DNA of 64,000 nt. It comes from Octopus sinensis. Its lineage: Eukaryota. The stretch lies in assembly GCF_006345805.1 (NCBI RefSeq), contig NC_043001.1:120466001-120530000 (forward strand), in the 5' to 3' direction. Below the pieces are notes generated by a model. That model had not been told where the DNA came from, did not search any database, and saw only the letters and a program-made list of their open reading frames with translations. The stretch's first letter is position 1. Every line of letters begins with the position of its first letter. Made by a program: the position numbers and the translations under genes. Shown piece by piece: positions 52,590-64,000 of the stretch.

Positions 52590-52817
52590 ATAGGCAAGGA
52601 AAAATTATTAAAAGGCGGAATTGAAGGTAAATTTTAATGAAAATGGTGTATGGAAAATTTTTAAAAATTTAAAATTTTAAAAAATTTAAAAATTAAAAAG
52701 ATTAAAAAATATATATATTATATATATATATTTTAATTTTCTAAAATTTTCCATACACCCATTTTCATTAAAATTTACCTTCAATAATTTACCTTTTTAT
52801 AATTTTTCCTTGCCTAT
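52590..52817. repeat. Imperfect inverted repeat, arms of about 70 bp, AT-only spacer
   Basis: ataggcaaggaaaaattat..ttgaaggtaaattttaatgaaaatgg.tgtatggaaaatttt and its reverse complement. Confidence 0.85.
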
Positions 52818-53220
52818 ATCTATATAATGGACTTTCCAGTCGAAGACGCCCGATGAGAGTTCAGCTATTGACGAACGACTTGCACAAGTGATTTGTTTAT
52901 AGTGATCAAATGTTCATACCTGCACATTAGCTCACTCTCTCCATCACAACGACGTTGTCTGAACAGGTGAACGGTGTACCACGTGTTAAGTGTCGAAGTG
53001 GTCGCAGAGAAACGTGAGATGAAGTGTTTTGCTCAAGAACACAACGCACCATCCGGTCCAGGAGTTGAAATCACGATCGCTCGATCGTGAGTACAAGGCC
53101 CTAACCGCTAAGCCACAAGCCCACCCTGTGAGTGCATATATATTTGTATAAATACACACACAGGCACATACATATATATATATATATGCATACACACACA
53201 CGCGCGCACACACACACACA

Positions 53221-53294
<74 letters not shown>

Positions 53295-54942
53295 CATGTA
53301 CGTCGCCTGATATGGATATAGAAAATAAGTTGAGTAAAGTAGCATTTTCACAAACCTTAAGTTTCTCATAACCAGTCTACAGACAGAACTGAACTTTTGG
53401 ACCGATAAAATGGCTTTAATTACCATTGTGAGTATGGAGTTGGAAAATAATCAAATAAACATTTAAAGCAAGGGTTTTGTTATATTACGAAAGAAAGCTA
53501 TGGAATCTCTTGGATAAGTCGACTGACCATCGAATCAAAGTACATAAACACTGTAAACGAACGAAATAAACTTGAATAAAACGAAGAGTTTTACATCGGT
53601 AGACAAAGATAATCATTACGAGCTTTGCTGCCAGAGAAATATCTAGCCAAAAACATTTTTAAAGTCTAGGAAGCATAGATGAAGTGACTGGACATCAGGA
53701 TTTAAACACTAGCAAAGTAGTAAATAAATGAATTTGTTATCGGGGAGGGTGTATGAACATTAAGGAAGAAGAGTAAGAGTTTTCGTAGAGAAGTGAGGGA
53801 GAAGATAAAAGGAGAATGAGAGAGAGAGAGAAAGAGTACTTAAGAGAATTATGAAAACTATCGGGCATTGAAAGAAAAGCATATCTGCAACGTAAATATA
53901 GTTTGATGCATTATTTCAGTTCATAAACGAAAGAGGACATAGACAGAGATATACGTAAAAGAATATGGAGTAAGGGAAAATAGCGAATGGGCTGTAAGGG
54001 AAATGTATGGAAGTGTGGAGAAAGCATAGATGAGATTCTTTTTTTTGCTCTTGGTTCTTATGAAGCAAAGACCATCGACGATTTTACTTCATTGTTCTCG
54101 ACTCTGGGTTGTCCTTCCTCTCCCATGTCTTGTTTGTTTTGAAATATCATAAATGCTTTTATAGCTTCACTTTTTACTAAGCAGAGGGTGTTAGCCATTT
54201 GCAAAGCCAAAGTCTCATGTGAAAAGAGTTGGTCCATATTATTCTGGCTTCTTTCCTATGGTTTGTACAACACTGGTAGGCCTACCAGGACTTGCGTTCC
54301 ACTAGCACAGCTCTCATGGTCATTTAAGTACTCAAGCCACAACACAGCAACGATTACTGGACATTTTGGTGAGTAGATGAGACACTAAACAGGGAAATCT
54401 TATGAGGAGGGTGAAAAGCAATACAGCTTTGTATATTTATGTTGAGTGTCATGATATAAAACAAAACAAAATCTCTTTCATCTATATCACCATTTCATCT
54501 TTCGTGTATATCTAACGAGTCCGTATATTAAAATTATTAGGATATTGCTTCGCATATCAAGAATCACGTTGTCCCGTATGCCCTTATTTTATTATGCTGT
54601 AAGCGTGTCATGTTAGGGAGATTTAGCTACTATTTCTAACAAATATAAAACTAGACGAGTTAAAATTTGAGGGAAATTTAGCTGTTATTTTTACAGCTTT
54701 GTTGGTACAGCTTAAGTAATTATCTGCATCGACGACAACGGTTCCTCCCCACCTCAACCCATAGCCACAAATTCATGTAATTTATCCGACACAATCGTAT
54801 CTATGAAGCGATATATTGATATTTTACAAGACAGAGGAGTGGTGGGTAAGTTAACTAGAATCAATTACTAGGACTTATTTTATCGATTCCCAATAGGGGG
54901 GGGATATCAGCAGTGACACCATTGTTGAGATTTAAATATATA

Positions 54943-55129
54943 GGAGTGGCTGTGTGGTAAGAAGCTTGCATCCTAACAACGTGATTCCGGGTTCAGTCCC
55001 ACTGTGAGTCACCTTGGGCAAGTGTCTTCTATTATAGCCTCGGGCCGACCAAATCCTTGTGAGTGGATTTGGTAGACGGAAACTGAAAGAAGCTCGTTAT
55101 ATATATATATATATAATATATATATATAT

Positions 55130-55217
<88 letters not shown>

Positions 55218-55218
55218 G

Positions 55219-55311
<93 letters not shown>

Positions 55312-55530
55312 TCTTATGCATGTATGCCTTTGTGTCTATGTTTGTTCACCACCGTCGCTTGACAACCGATGCTGGCGTGTTTCTATCCCCGAAACTTAGC
55401 GGTTCGGCAAAAGAGACGGATAGAATAAGTACTAAGCTTACAAAAAATAAGTCTTGAGGTTGATTTCTCTGACTAAAGGCGGTACTCCAGCATGGCCGAG
55501 TCAAATGACTGAATCAAGTAAGAGTAAAAG
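54943..55530 (+). mobile_element. Complete two-part tRNA-derived SINE with a (TA)n(GATA)n linker
   Basis: Head ggagtggctgtgtggtaag..gggttcagtccc; linker; body ending caaatgactgaatcaagtaagagtaaaag. Confidence 0.88.
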
Positions 55531-56464
55531 AATATGGATATGGAACTAACGGATCTAGTCCGACATTTTCCTGTTCCGAAATCAGAAATATCCATTAGCC
55601 AGTGCTTATACCTAATGACTGAGGAGCACGGCTTAGTGGCTGGGTCTTACACTCACGATCGCGAGATAAATTGTTTCAATTTCTGGACCAGATGATGCGT
55701 TATGCTCTTAAGCAAAACACTTCACCACACTTTGCTCTCCGATCACTTCGGCACATGGCGTGTGGCACACTGTACACCCGTTCAAGCAACGTCGATTTGT
55801 TGGAGGGAGTGAGATAATATAAAGCACAAACATTTGAGTAATATATAAACAATTCATTTGTTATTCAACAGCAAAACGCAATCCCGTCTCCTTCGGACAA
55901 CCATAGACAACCATACATCCCTAGTAATTTCAATGTTTGGTGAAATGGGATCTTTGACATTCGTGCTTTCCCCTTAAGTATTAGAAATATACGTGAAATA
56001 TATGCAATTGAAATCTACAAACCCAAGTCGCACGAATCATATAGCACACTATGTAATTCACTAATTTCCACCTGCGTAGTGTAAAGGCACGTGTCTTTGT
56101 GGCTATGGTATTAATGTCACGATTGTAAGTGCAATTCCTTGCACTTTATTTCACGTTGCTTCAGACCACTCAGTTGGCAAAATAAGTTTACGTGTAGTTC
56201 AATGGGCCAGCCTTGCCACCTTACGTGTGTCACGGTGAATCTCCTTGAGAACTATGCCAAGGTTATATGTATCTGTGGAGCGCTCAGCCACTTGCACGTT
56301 AATTTCATGAGCAGGTTGTTCTGTTGATCGAATCACCTGGAACACTCATCTTCGTAAACGATGAAGAGCCAGGCCATCTATATAAACATCAGCTGAACAC
56401 CTGCAGATAATACATAAAAAGCACACTCACGATAAATAGTCGATATCTAACTTGTCACCATTTC

Positions 56465-56515
<51 letters not shown>

Positions 56516-56530
56516 TACACATACATACAT

Positions 56531-56561
<31 letters not shown>

Positions 56562-56562
56562 C

Positions 56563-56598
<36 letters not shown>

Positions 56599-57193
56599 AG
56601 GTGTCAAGTCGTTATCATCAAACTCTACTTGAACAATTATAAACCATTTGTTTGATCGACAATTACAAGATAATGACTATTTTGTGAATTAAGCAGACAA
56701 TGTATCATCAAGTCTTGTTTATGTCCTTTGTCTGCAGAAAGAAACACTGAAAGATATGATATTAACTAGTAGTTTGCTGTTATGAGTGTTCTCGACAAAG
56801 AAGATTTGGGTGAGGTGAATACTCAGGAGAGTTTTCATTTATAGTTTTCTTGTTTTTTATGGCATATTCAAAGGCAAAGTCTACCTCGGTGACTTTTGAA
56901 CTCAGAACTAAAACCAGAACTGCCGCTAAGCAGTCTGGCGTGCTGACGTTTGTGACATGAATGACATTTATAACGTTGATTAGGTGACAAACTTAATCTG
57001 TTGCTTTATTTAATATCACGCCCTGGATCTTGTAGGCTTTTTACGGAATCTGGAGATGGATTCCTTGTTTTCGCCAGTTTGAAATATGTAATGAGCCTTT
57101 CATCCATTCGGGGTTGAGAAAATGAGTACCAAAACTTGAAACAATCATTTGGCTTTGTGTCAAAACTTGAAACCATAATTATTATTATCATTA

Positions 57194-57257
<64 letters not shown>

Positions 57258-57270
57258 TTATTATTATTAT

Positions 57271-57304
<34 letters not shown>

Positions 57305-57335
57305 TATAGTAGTAGTAGTAGTAGTAGTAGTAGTA

Positions 57336-60300
57336 TGTTTCACTTTTGCTTTGTATTTGTACAAGTTGACTGCAAGTCTCACCAAGAAACTTCAAGAGAG
57401 AACAAGTTAGAAGTTCAAGTTGGTGCTATGACTAGGGCGCCATATATTTGGTTTTGCATGAAGTATTGTTCTAGAGAATGTCTAAGGAAACAAGAAAATT
57501 ATAAGTTTGTTTTAAAATTTGGGATTGCATAGGCATTATTTTACGTAGGATATGGGCAGTTCCCATGAGCTCTATTTTTTGAATTTCTGCAGTTTGGAGA
57601 TTTCCTGGTATCTGAGCTAGGTAGCAATCAGCCCCTTTTACTATCATTCCTAGGGCACCTATGACAACAGGTACTGTTTTAGTCTTGAGGTTCCACATTT
57701 TGCCAACTGCAGTTTCAAGTTCTTTATACTTGCTCAGCTTTTGGTAGGTCTTGACAGATACGTTTATGTCGATTTGGTACAGTCATATCGATGAGGGGGC
57801 ATGATTTTTGATTGAAGTCCTTCAATATAATGTCTAGCCTATTCGCATCTATTTTTCTGTCAGTTTGAATGGTGAAGTTCCAGAGGTGTGAGATGTCATT
57901 TTCAAGCACTGGCAGTCGTTTGTGTTCCCACCAGTCTTTATCACAGAGCAGGTCCAAGTCTGTGCAAATTATCCAGTGAATATATTGTGCTGCTATTTTG
58001 AGATACTTTGTAGGCGCAAGGGAACTGCACATGGAGAGAACATGATCAATGGTTTCATTTTGTTGTTTATATACACGATGTGTTGGGCTACTGCCGTTCT
58101 TTAATATGTTGGCCTGGTAGCTGCTTGTAGGTAGGCATTGATTTTAGGCTGCTATGATAAACCCTTCTTTCTCTGATTTTAATCTAGAAGACACTAACCA
58201 TTGATTGGTCAGGGCTTTGTCAACATCTGCTTTATTAGCTCTCTTTGGGTATTTACCATTGAGAGGTTTTCCTTGCCGTTTATCAATAAGAATATCGAAG
58301 GCACCAGTTTTAGCACTGGTTTTCATACGCTTAACTACTGTGCTAGTTTCCTGTACGTCTAATTCTGGGATTTGTTGTATTTAGAATTCACTTATATATT
58401 TTTTCTTGTTTTGTTACTGAGTATGATCTTTCCTTGCTTCCATGCTTTAAGACAAGTTTTAACATCCAGTCATCAGAGTTTTTCAGGTAGATGTTTAGGC
58501 CAATTGTGGCAATCTTCATTCTAGATTCAAGTTGTAAAAGTCCACTGCCACCGTCTTTTCTAGGCAGGTTAAGTCGTTCTTAGGGTGATGGATTCTATGC
58601 ATTGTTAACAATTTTCGTATTTTTCTATGAAGATTACATTTTTCAGTAACTGACCAGTTAATAATATTGAAACTGTAAGTCACAACCAGTATGGCTAAAG
58701 TATTCATCGTTTCGATCTTGTTTCTTGCATTCAGCTGTCTTGAGTATTGCACTTACCCTGATTTAACATTCTTTTCTTATCATTTCCCTCATCATTGAAT
58801 GTTTGATTCCATCACCTTCAAATCGTCCATTTGAAAGAGATGAATTATATTTTTATCAGATATTTTATAACCATACTGTACAGCAACGAGAAATTTCGAG
58901 AGCGGTATCAAGGCTAGACAAAAAAGGAGTGGTGATAGAGACTCACCCTGGAAAATGCCACATGAAATTCTTACATCTCCGGCATTGACAGATTCATTGT
59001 CATTGTTCAAAGTCAGTGTGTTTCTCCATGATCTCATAATTACAGATAAAAGTTTCGCAGAGTAGGTGCTATTTTATAACTTTCCAGACATTTCTTAATC
59101 CAGCTGTGTGGTTGAGTATCAAAAACTTTTTCAAAGTCTATCGAGACTATTGACAGGTTCCCGTGTTGTTTGTGACAATCATCTAAGATCATCTTATTGA
59201 TGAGTAGCTGATATTTACAGCCACAGGACCCACGTTTACATCCTTTTTGCCCATTAAGGAAGATGTCACTTTCTATTAAAAACACTATAGGTATACTCAA
59301 TCAAAACAGATGTTAGTATTTTATACATTGTTGTTAAGCAGGTTATGGGTCTATAATTTTTTGATTGATTTGTTTCTTCATGTAACACCATTAACAAGCT
59401 AAGAGGGAATCGTACTAGGTTGTTGCAAGACATTTTTGTAAAGTTTTGTTACACGACTCTTTGAGAAGGCACTCAAAAAGAAATTAGGAACGTTATCCTT
59501 TCCTGGAGACTTTGCTTGATTTCCTGAGAGCAGATTTTACAACCTCTACCATGATACCCTCACCATTTTGCTCTTCTAAGGAGTCTAAGTCAGTAGATAT
59601 TCTGTCAATCCAAGTAGCTTTTATATTGGACGTTTTTTCTTCCCAAATTTTATTCCAAACTTCCTGTACTTCTTTTGAAGACTTTACTGTAACTCGTATT
59701 TTCCCTATCTTCCTGAAAAGTTTTTAGGGTTATTTTTGAAAATGTCATTGAATAACCTAACACGCTTTTCATACCGTGCTATGCGAGCTGCTTTAGCAGA
59801 TACGTTTTACTTGATAGTTTCTGTGATGGTAACGATGTTAAGTATGCTTTTCATATTATACTTTTTCTTTAATTTTCGAATTTTTGTTGGTTTGATATCC
59901 TGGTCAAACTTAAGTCTTTTTAGATATTCTATGTCAGACCTAAATAACTGAATTTGGTGTCGAATGAGTTCTTGCCAAATAGGCTTTTTGTGGGAATATT
60001 GTCGTTTTCTAATCTTTTCAGCACATATAATCGTTGAGACCTTCGCGGATGCATAGTACAGGTGACTAAGATCTGTAATATCAGTATCACTAGCTGAAAT
60101 GATATCCTTAAGTGGAAGGCGGATTTTACCAATTACTTTCAGCTTTTGCTGAGAGTTGTGAATTTTTGGGAGTGTGTCGCGTTCATTCATATTGGTTTCT
60201 TTAATTTTTCAGCTATTCATTCATAATTTGTTCTTTTAGATCATCTCGTTCAGTCGAATAAATTTCTGTGTGACTTTCTTCATCTACTTGATTTTAATCT

Positions 60301-60370
60301 GCCATGGTGTTTATGGCTGGTTCAGAGAGTATTTCACTTTGTTTATCAATTACATGCTTCCGTTCTCCAG
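57336..60370 (-). mobile_element. R4/Dong-clade non-LTR retrotransposon, copy A (5'-truncated, heavily decayed)
   Basis: QKGCKRGSCGCKYQLLI, IDFEKVFD..PHSW, GIFQGESLSPLLF and QMDDLK; endonuclease region DANRLDIILKD and VPVVIGALG; 3' UTR ends at (TAC)n(TAA)n. Confidence 0.92.
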
Positions 60371-60480
60371 CATTTCATGCTATTCCATATAAGGCTTTTC
60401 ATATTCACTGCTAATCCTTACATTTCCATTGTTCTTATTATCCAGGAATGTAGTATCATATCGTATGCTTTTATAAATAT
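60370..60480 (-). pseudogene. Isolated RT fragment of about 110 bp from another R4/Dong-like family
   Basis: IKAYDMILHSWIIRTMEM*GLAVNMKSLIWNSMKCWRTE (KAYD.VPHSW motif). Confidence 0.7.
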
Positions 60481-60540
60481 GTTTTTTACTACTACTACTA
60501 CTACTACTACTACTATTATTGTTGCTTTTGTTGTTGTTGT

Positions 60541-61093
60541 TGAGTGAGAGAGCAGTGCATTCCACGAACGTGACACTGAGGCAAAATATACGAAGCTCAG
60601 TATACACACCATGACTACTCGTCTGATAAGGGTACACCAGGCACATGCACCACAACCATATGTGCGCGAGATGGTGGCCTTAAATGAAGATAAACAGCCC
60701 ATGAGCTTACAGGTGGGGCCCACTTAGAATTTTCTTCAGGTCGAGTAACCTCATCCTGCTCAAAATGTCCTTGAATAAGGGTTGTTTAAGGATGCTGAAC
60801 GAAACACTCATGTTTCCAAAGGTGAATTATCCAAACCCCAGAATTCCTCTCAACACATGGCTATGATGCTCCCCAACTACTTCTGCTCGTGATCAGAGAT
60901 GCACATATCGTCAGCCACTAAGGGACATACTCAACTGGTTTATGTTCAAACAGCTAACAAGCACATCTTTGGTATTAAGCAGAATATTTGATATAGACGA
61001 TCTTTTATGCCAAGATAAAACAATGTACATGATAGCGCTTCCAATCAGTTAAGAGAAGTCATGAGAGCCACTGCTTGGTACTGCATCAGGGAA
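60541..61093 (-). mobile_element. Non-coding element of about 550 bp bounded by TAA-type microsatellites (candidate non-autonomous element or Dong 5' UTR)
   Basis: Starts after (TAA)8 with attccctgatgcagtacc and ends gcactgctctctcactca followed by (CAA)/(TAA)/(TAG) repeats; no ORF with recognisable motifs. Confidence 0.55.
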
Positions 61094-61123
61094 TTTATTA
61101 TTATTATTATTATTATTATTCTA

Positions 61124-61526
61124 TGTTTGACTTTTGCTTTATATTTGTACAAGTTGGCTCCAAGTCTCACCCAGAGACCTCAAGAGACAACAGGTTGAAA
61201 GTACATGTTGGTGTTATGCCTAGGGTGCCATATATTTGGTTTTGTACATAGTATTCTTCTAGAGATTGTTTAAGAAACCATAAAATTATGTTTGTTTTAA
61301 AACTTGAGATTACATAGAAAGTATTTTGCGTAGGATATGGGCAGTTCCCATGAGTACTATCTTTTGAATTTCTGTCATTTTGGGGTTTCCTGGTATCTGA
61401 GCTAGGTAGCAATCAGTCCCTTTTGCTATCATTCCCAGGGCACCTATGACAACAGGTATTGCTTTAGTCTTCAGGTTCCACATTTTGCTAATTTCTATTT
61501 CAAGATCTTTATATTTGCTCAGTTTT
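61124..61526 (-). mobile_element. 400-bp 3'-terminal R4/Dong piece between two (TAA)n arrays
   Basis: KYKDLEIEISKMWNLKTKAIPVVIGALG..MGTAHILRKIL plus 3' UTR; very similar to 57336-57740. Confidence 0.92.
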
Positions 61527-61692
<166 letters not shown>

Positions 61693-61859
61693 ATCATGCA
61701 AAAGTTATTACATTCTAGTAAGGATGTGATAGCAGTGATGTTATTTTAAGGTTTGGTGAGAACAAGTCTCAGTCTCAAGAAACTTTCTAAAGAGTATATC
61801 AGAATACAAGTTGACACTTTTCTGCAGATCGGCAATGCTTGTCGTAATTCTAATATCTT

Positions 61860-64000
61860 TCAGACCCTTATTACTATTTCGACATCTAATTCGATTGAAC
61901 TAGACTTTGCCAATTTCCCTTTCTTAAAAGTGGCTTTGGCACACTTTTCAAGGCCAAACTCCATCCCGATATCATCACTGAATCATTTCACAGTATGTAA
62001 TAATCCTTCAAGCTCTTCATCATCTTTGCCATATAGTTTTAAATCATCCATATAAAATAGATGGCTTATTTTCTTGTTGTCAATTTTATAGCCATATCCT
62101 GTTCTATTCAGTTCACTTGAGAGTGGTATTAGTGCTATGCAGAATATTAGTGCTGAAAGTGAGTCAGCTTGGAAAATGCCACAGTTTATGCTAATGTTGT
62201 TTGAGCACAATACTCCATTAGAATGATATAATTGGAGCTTCGTGTTCTATAGTGACATATTATACTTTAAAAAATCTGATATCACAGGAGAAATTTTGAA
62301 AATGTCCAGCGATTTCAGAATCCACGAATGTGGTATGCTGTCAAAGGCTTTTTTATAATCAATCCATGAAGAGCTGAGATTTCTGCGCTTGTTATGGCAG
62401 TTCTCAAGGATCATGCGATCAATTAGGAGCTGATCTTTGCATCCGTATGAGCCTCGTCTGCATCCTTTTTGTTCAGTGGGAAAGAGGTTATTCTCTTCCA
62501 TAAATGTATATTTTTTTCTCTACTAGAATAGATGTCAAAATTTTATAGGTAGTAGATAAACATGTTATAGGCCAGTAGTTTTTTGTGTCTTTCGTTTTGT
62601 TATTTTGGGGGAGGAGGTAAGTAATACCATTTGCCATCCAATGTGGTGTTTTTTCCGGGAGTTTCATAATACTATTAAATAGTATTACTAACATTTTGTG
62701 TGCAGACGAGAGTGATGAGAGCCAGAAATTTGGTACTCTATCAATACCAGGGGATTTCCACTTATGAGCCTTTGTTAGTGCTCTCCTTAGGTCGGCGATT
62801 GAGATGTCTTCCCATACCTGTTCTTGTAGATTTTTGTAGTCATCTTGGGTGCGTTTGATCCACTCTGTATTTTCATTGTATGGTTTCTCATCACTCCAGA
62901 TCCCCTTCCAAAAGTTTTCAACTTCTTCCATTAGGGGTGGATTTTCAATGGTTATTTTTTCTTTCCCTATTTCCCTGTAAAATGATTTGGCATTGGATTT
63001 GAACATATTTTGTTTGTAGAATTTGATTCTTTTCTCAAATCTGCATATTCTCTGAGCTTTTGCTTGAACTTTTTGTTTAAGTGTTTCTTTCGCTGACATT
63101 AGTTCTTCTCTTGTTGAGAGTCCATATTTTCTCACAATCTTCCTGCCTTTTCTTGATCTTACACCATTTCCAGAGATTAGCTCAGTTAATATTGATATCT
63201 CCCTTCGCAATGATTCAATTTCAGTTTCAATTCTACTCCTCCAGTTTGACTTTCTTTTCGAATTTAGTATTGTTGGTTTTTTGGGTGTTAAACAGCGTCT
63301 TTCGACTACCTTAGCGACAGTGTAAATAATTTCATTTAATTTATTAAGATCGGGTTTTAGTTGTATGATTTCTTGTGTAATGCAGTTGCCAATTTTTATT
63401 TGTGTTTTATGTTGGTGTGCATTTGAGAGTTTATGGAGTGGTTCCCTATCATACATAGTTGTATGCCCTACAACTGCAAGCTCATTCAGAACTTCCTGCT
63501 TCATTTCAATGATAGATTTTCTGTGTTGTTCAACAAACATGTGATTTTCAAAATCTGTTTCGACATCATTTTCCGGGCTGTTTTTTCTAGGGTCATATTT
63601 TCCTTCTTCTTCAGGATCTTGAGTCGATTCGGCATATGGTCGCCTTTCAGTCAATGCTTTTGGCCCAACATTCCTCTCCTCAGCTTCGTTATTTCTTTCC
63701 TGACTTGCATTTAGGTCATTCTCTACCACTTTTTTAATAGAGGTTAATTCTGCCTCTGTGAGTCTGGTATTTCTGAAGATATCTCTTCTAACATTTGCTA
63801 ATCTGTTTTCATCCAGGTTTGGTCTGCTGGCTGGATTCCGGCTCCTCCAAATTCTGTAGGAGTTTGCGGTGTGTTTTTCTCGAGTTGGCCTACTTAATGC
63901 AAAGTAATAAGCATATATTACTTCTTTATATTCTTCCCGGTTCCATTTAGTTCTTTTACTTTTTTGATTTTCTGGTCGTTGTGGTGGTGAACTTTGGCGG
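61860..64000 (-). mobile_element. R4/Dong-clade element, copy B (younger, continues beyond the window, breaks off after the RT)
   Basis: Frame open from the window edge (RTKWNREEYKEVIYAYY, Myb-like) to 62488. One frameshift in an A-run at about 62510, then two in-frame stops (about 62247 and 61983). Motifs KSPGIDRVPNFW, WPITCLSTTYK, EQKGCRRGSYGCKDQLLID, DYKKAFDSIPHSW and HLFYMDDLKLY. Confidence 0.95.

Overview
AT-rich, microsatellite-dense eukaryotic DNA made up mostly of transposable-element debris. From memory, the SINE families and repeat style look like an octopus or other coleoid cephalopod genome; this is an inference with no database search. No intact host gene, RNA gene or CRISPR array can be supported, and most ORF-track entries are translated microsatellites. 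Recognisable content: (1) DNA transposons: two mariner (DD34D) relics, two maT/DD37D-like relics, a pogo/Tigger fragment, MITEs and two Helitron-like non-autonomous elements. (2) Penelope-like elements (PLEs): one 5'-truncated but nearly frame-intact RT+GIY-YIG copy at 17.2-19.8 kb, plus two decayed copies. (3) A cluster of R4/Dong-clade non-LTR elements set in (TAA)n arrays at 57-64 kb, another R4/Dong relic and a HERO-like fragment. (4) Many tRNA-derived SINEs. The most notable signals are minimal type I hammerhead ribozymes read directly from the sequence. One has a compensatory U3-A8 core at the PLE 3' end, and a tandem pair is spaced 549 nt apart (retrozyme or pLTR-like). Also notable are the (TAA)n insertion hotspot with a 550-bp non-coding candidate passenger and a perfect spacerless 242-bp palindrome. 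Coordinates of decayed repeats are approximate (about 10-30 bp).
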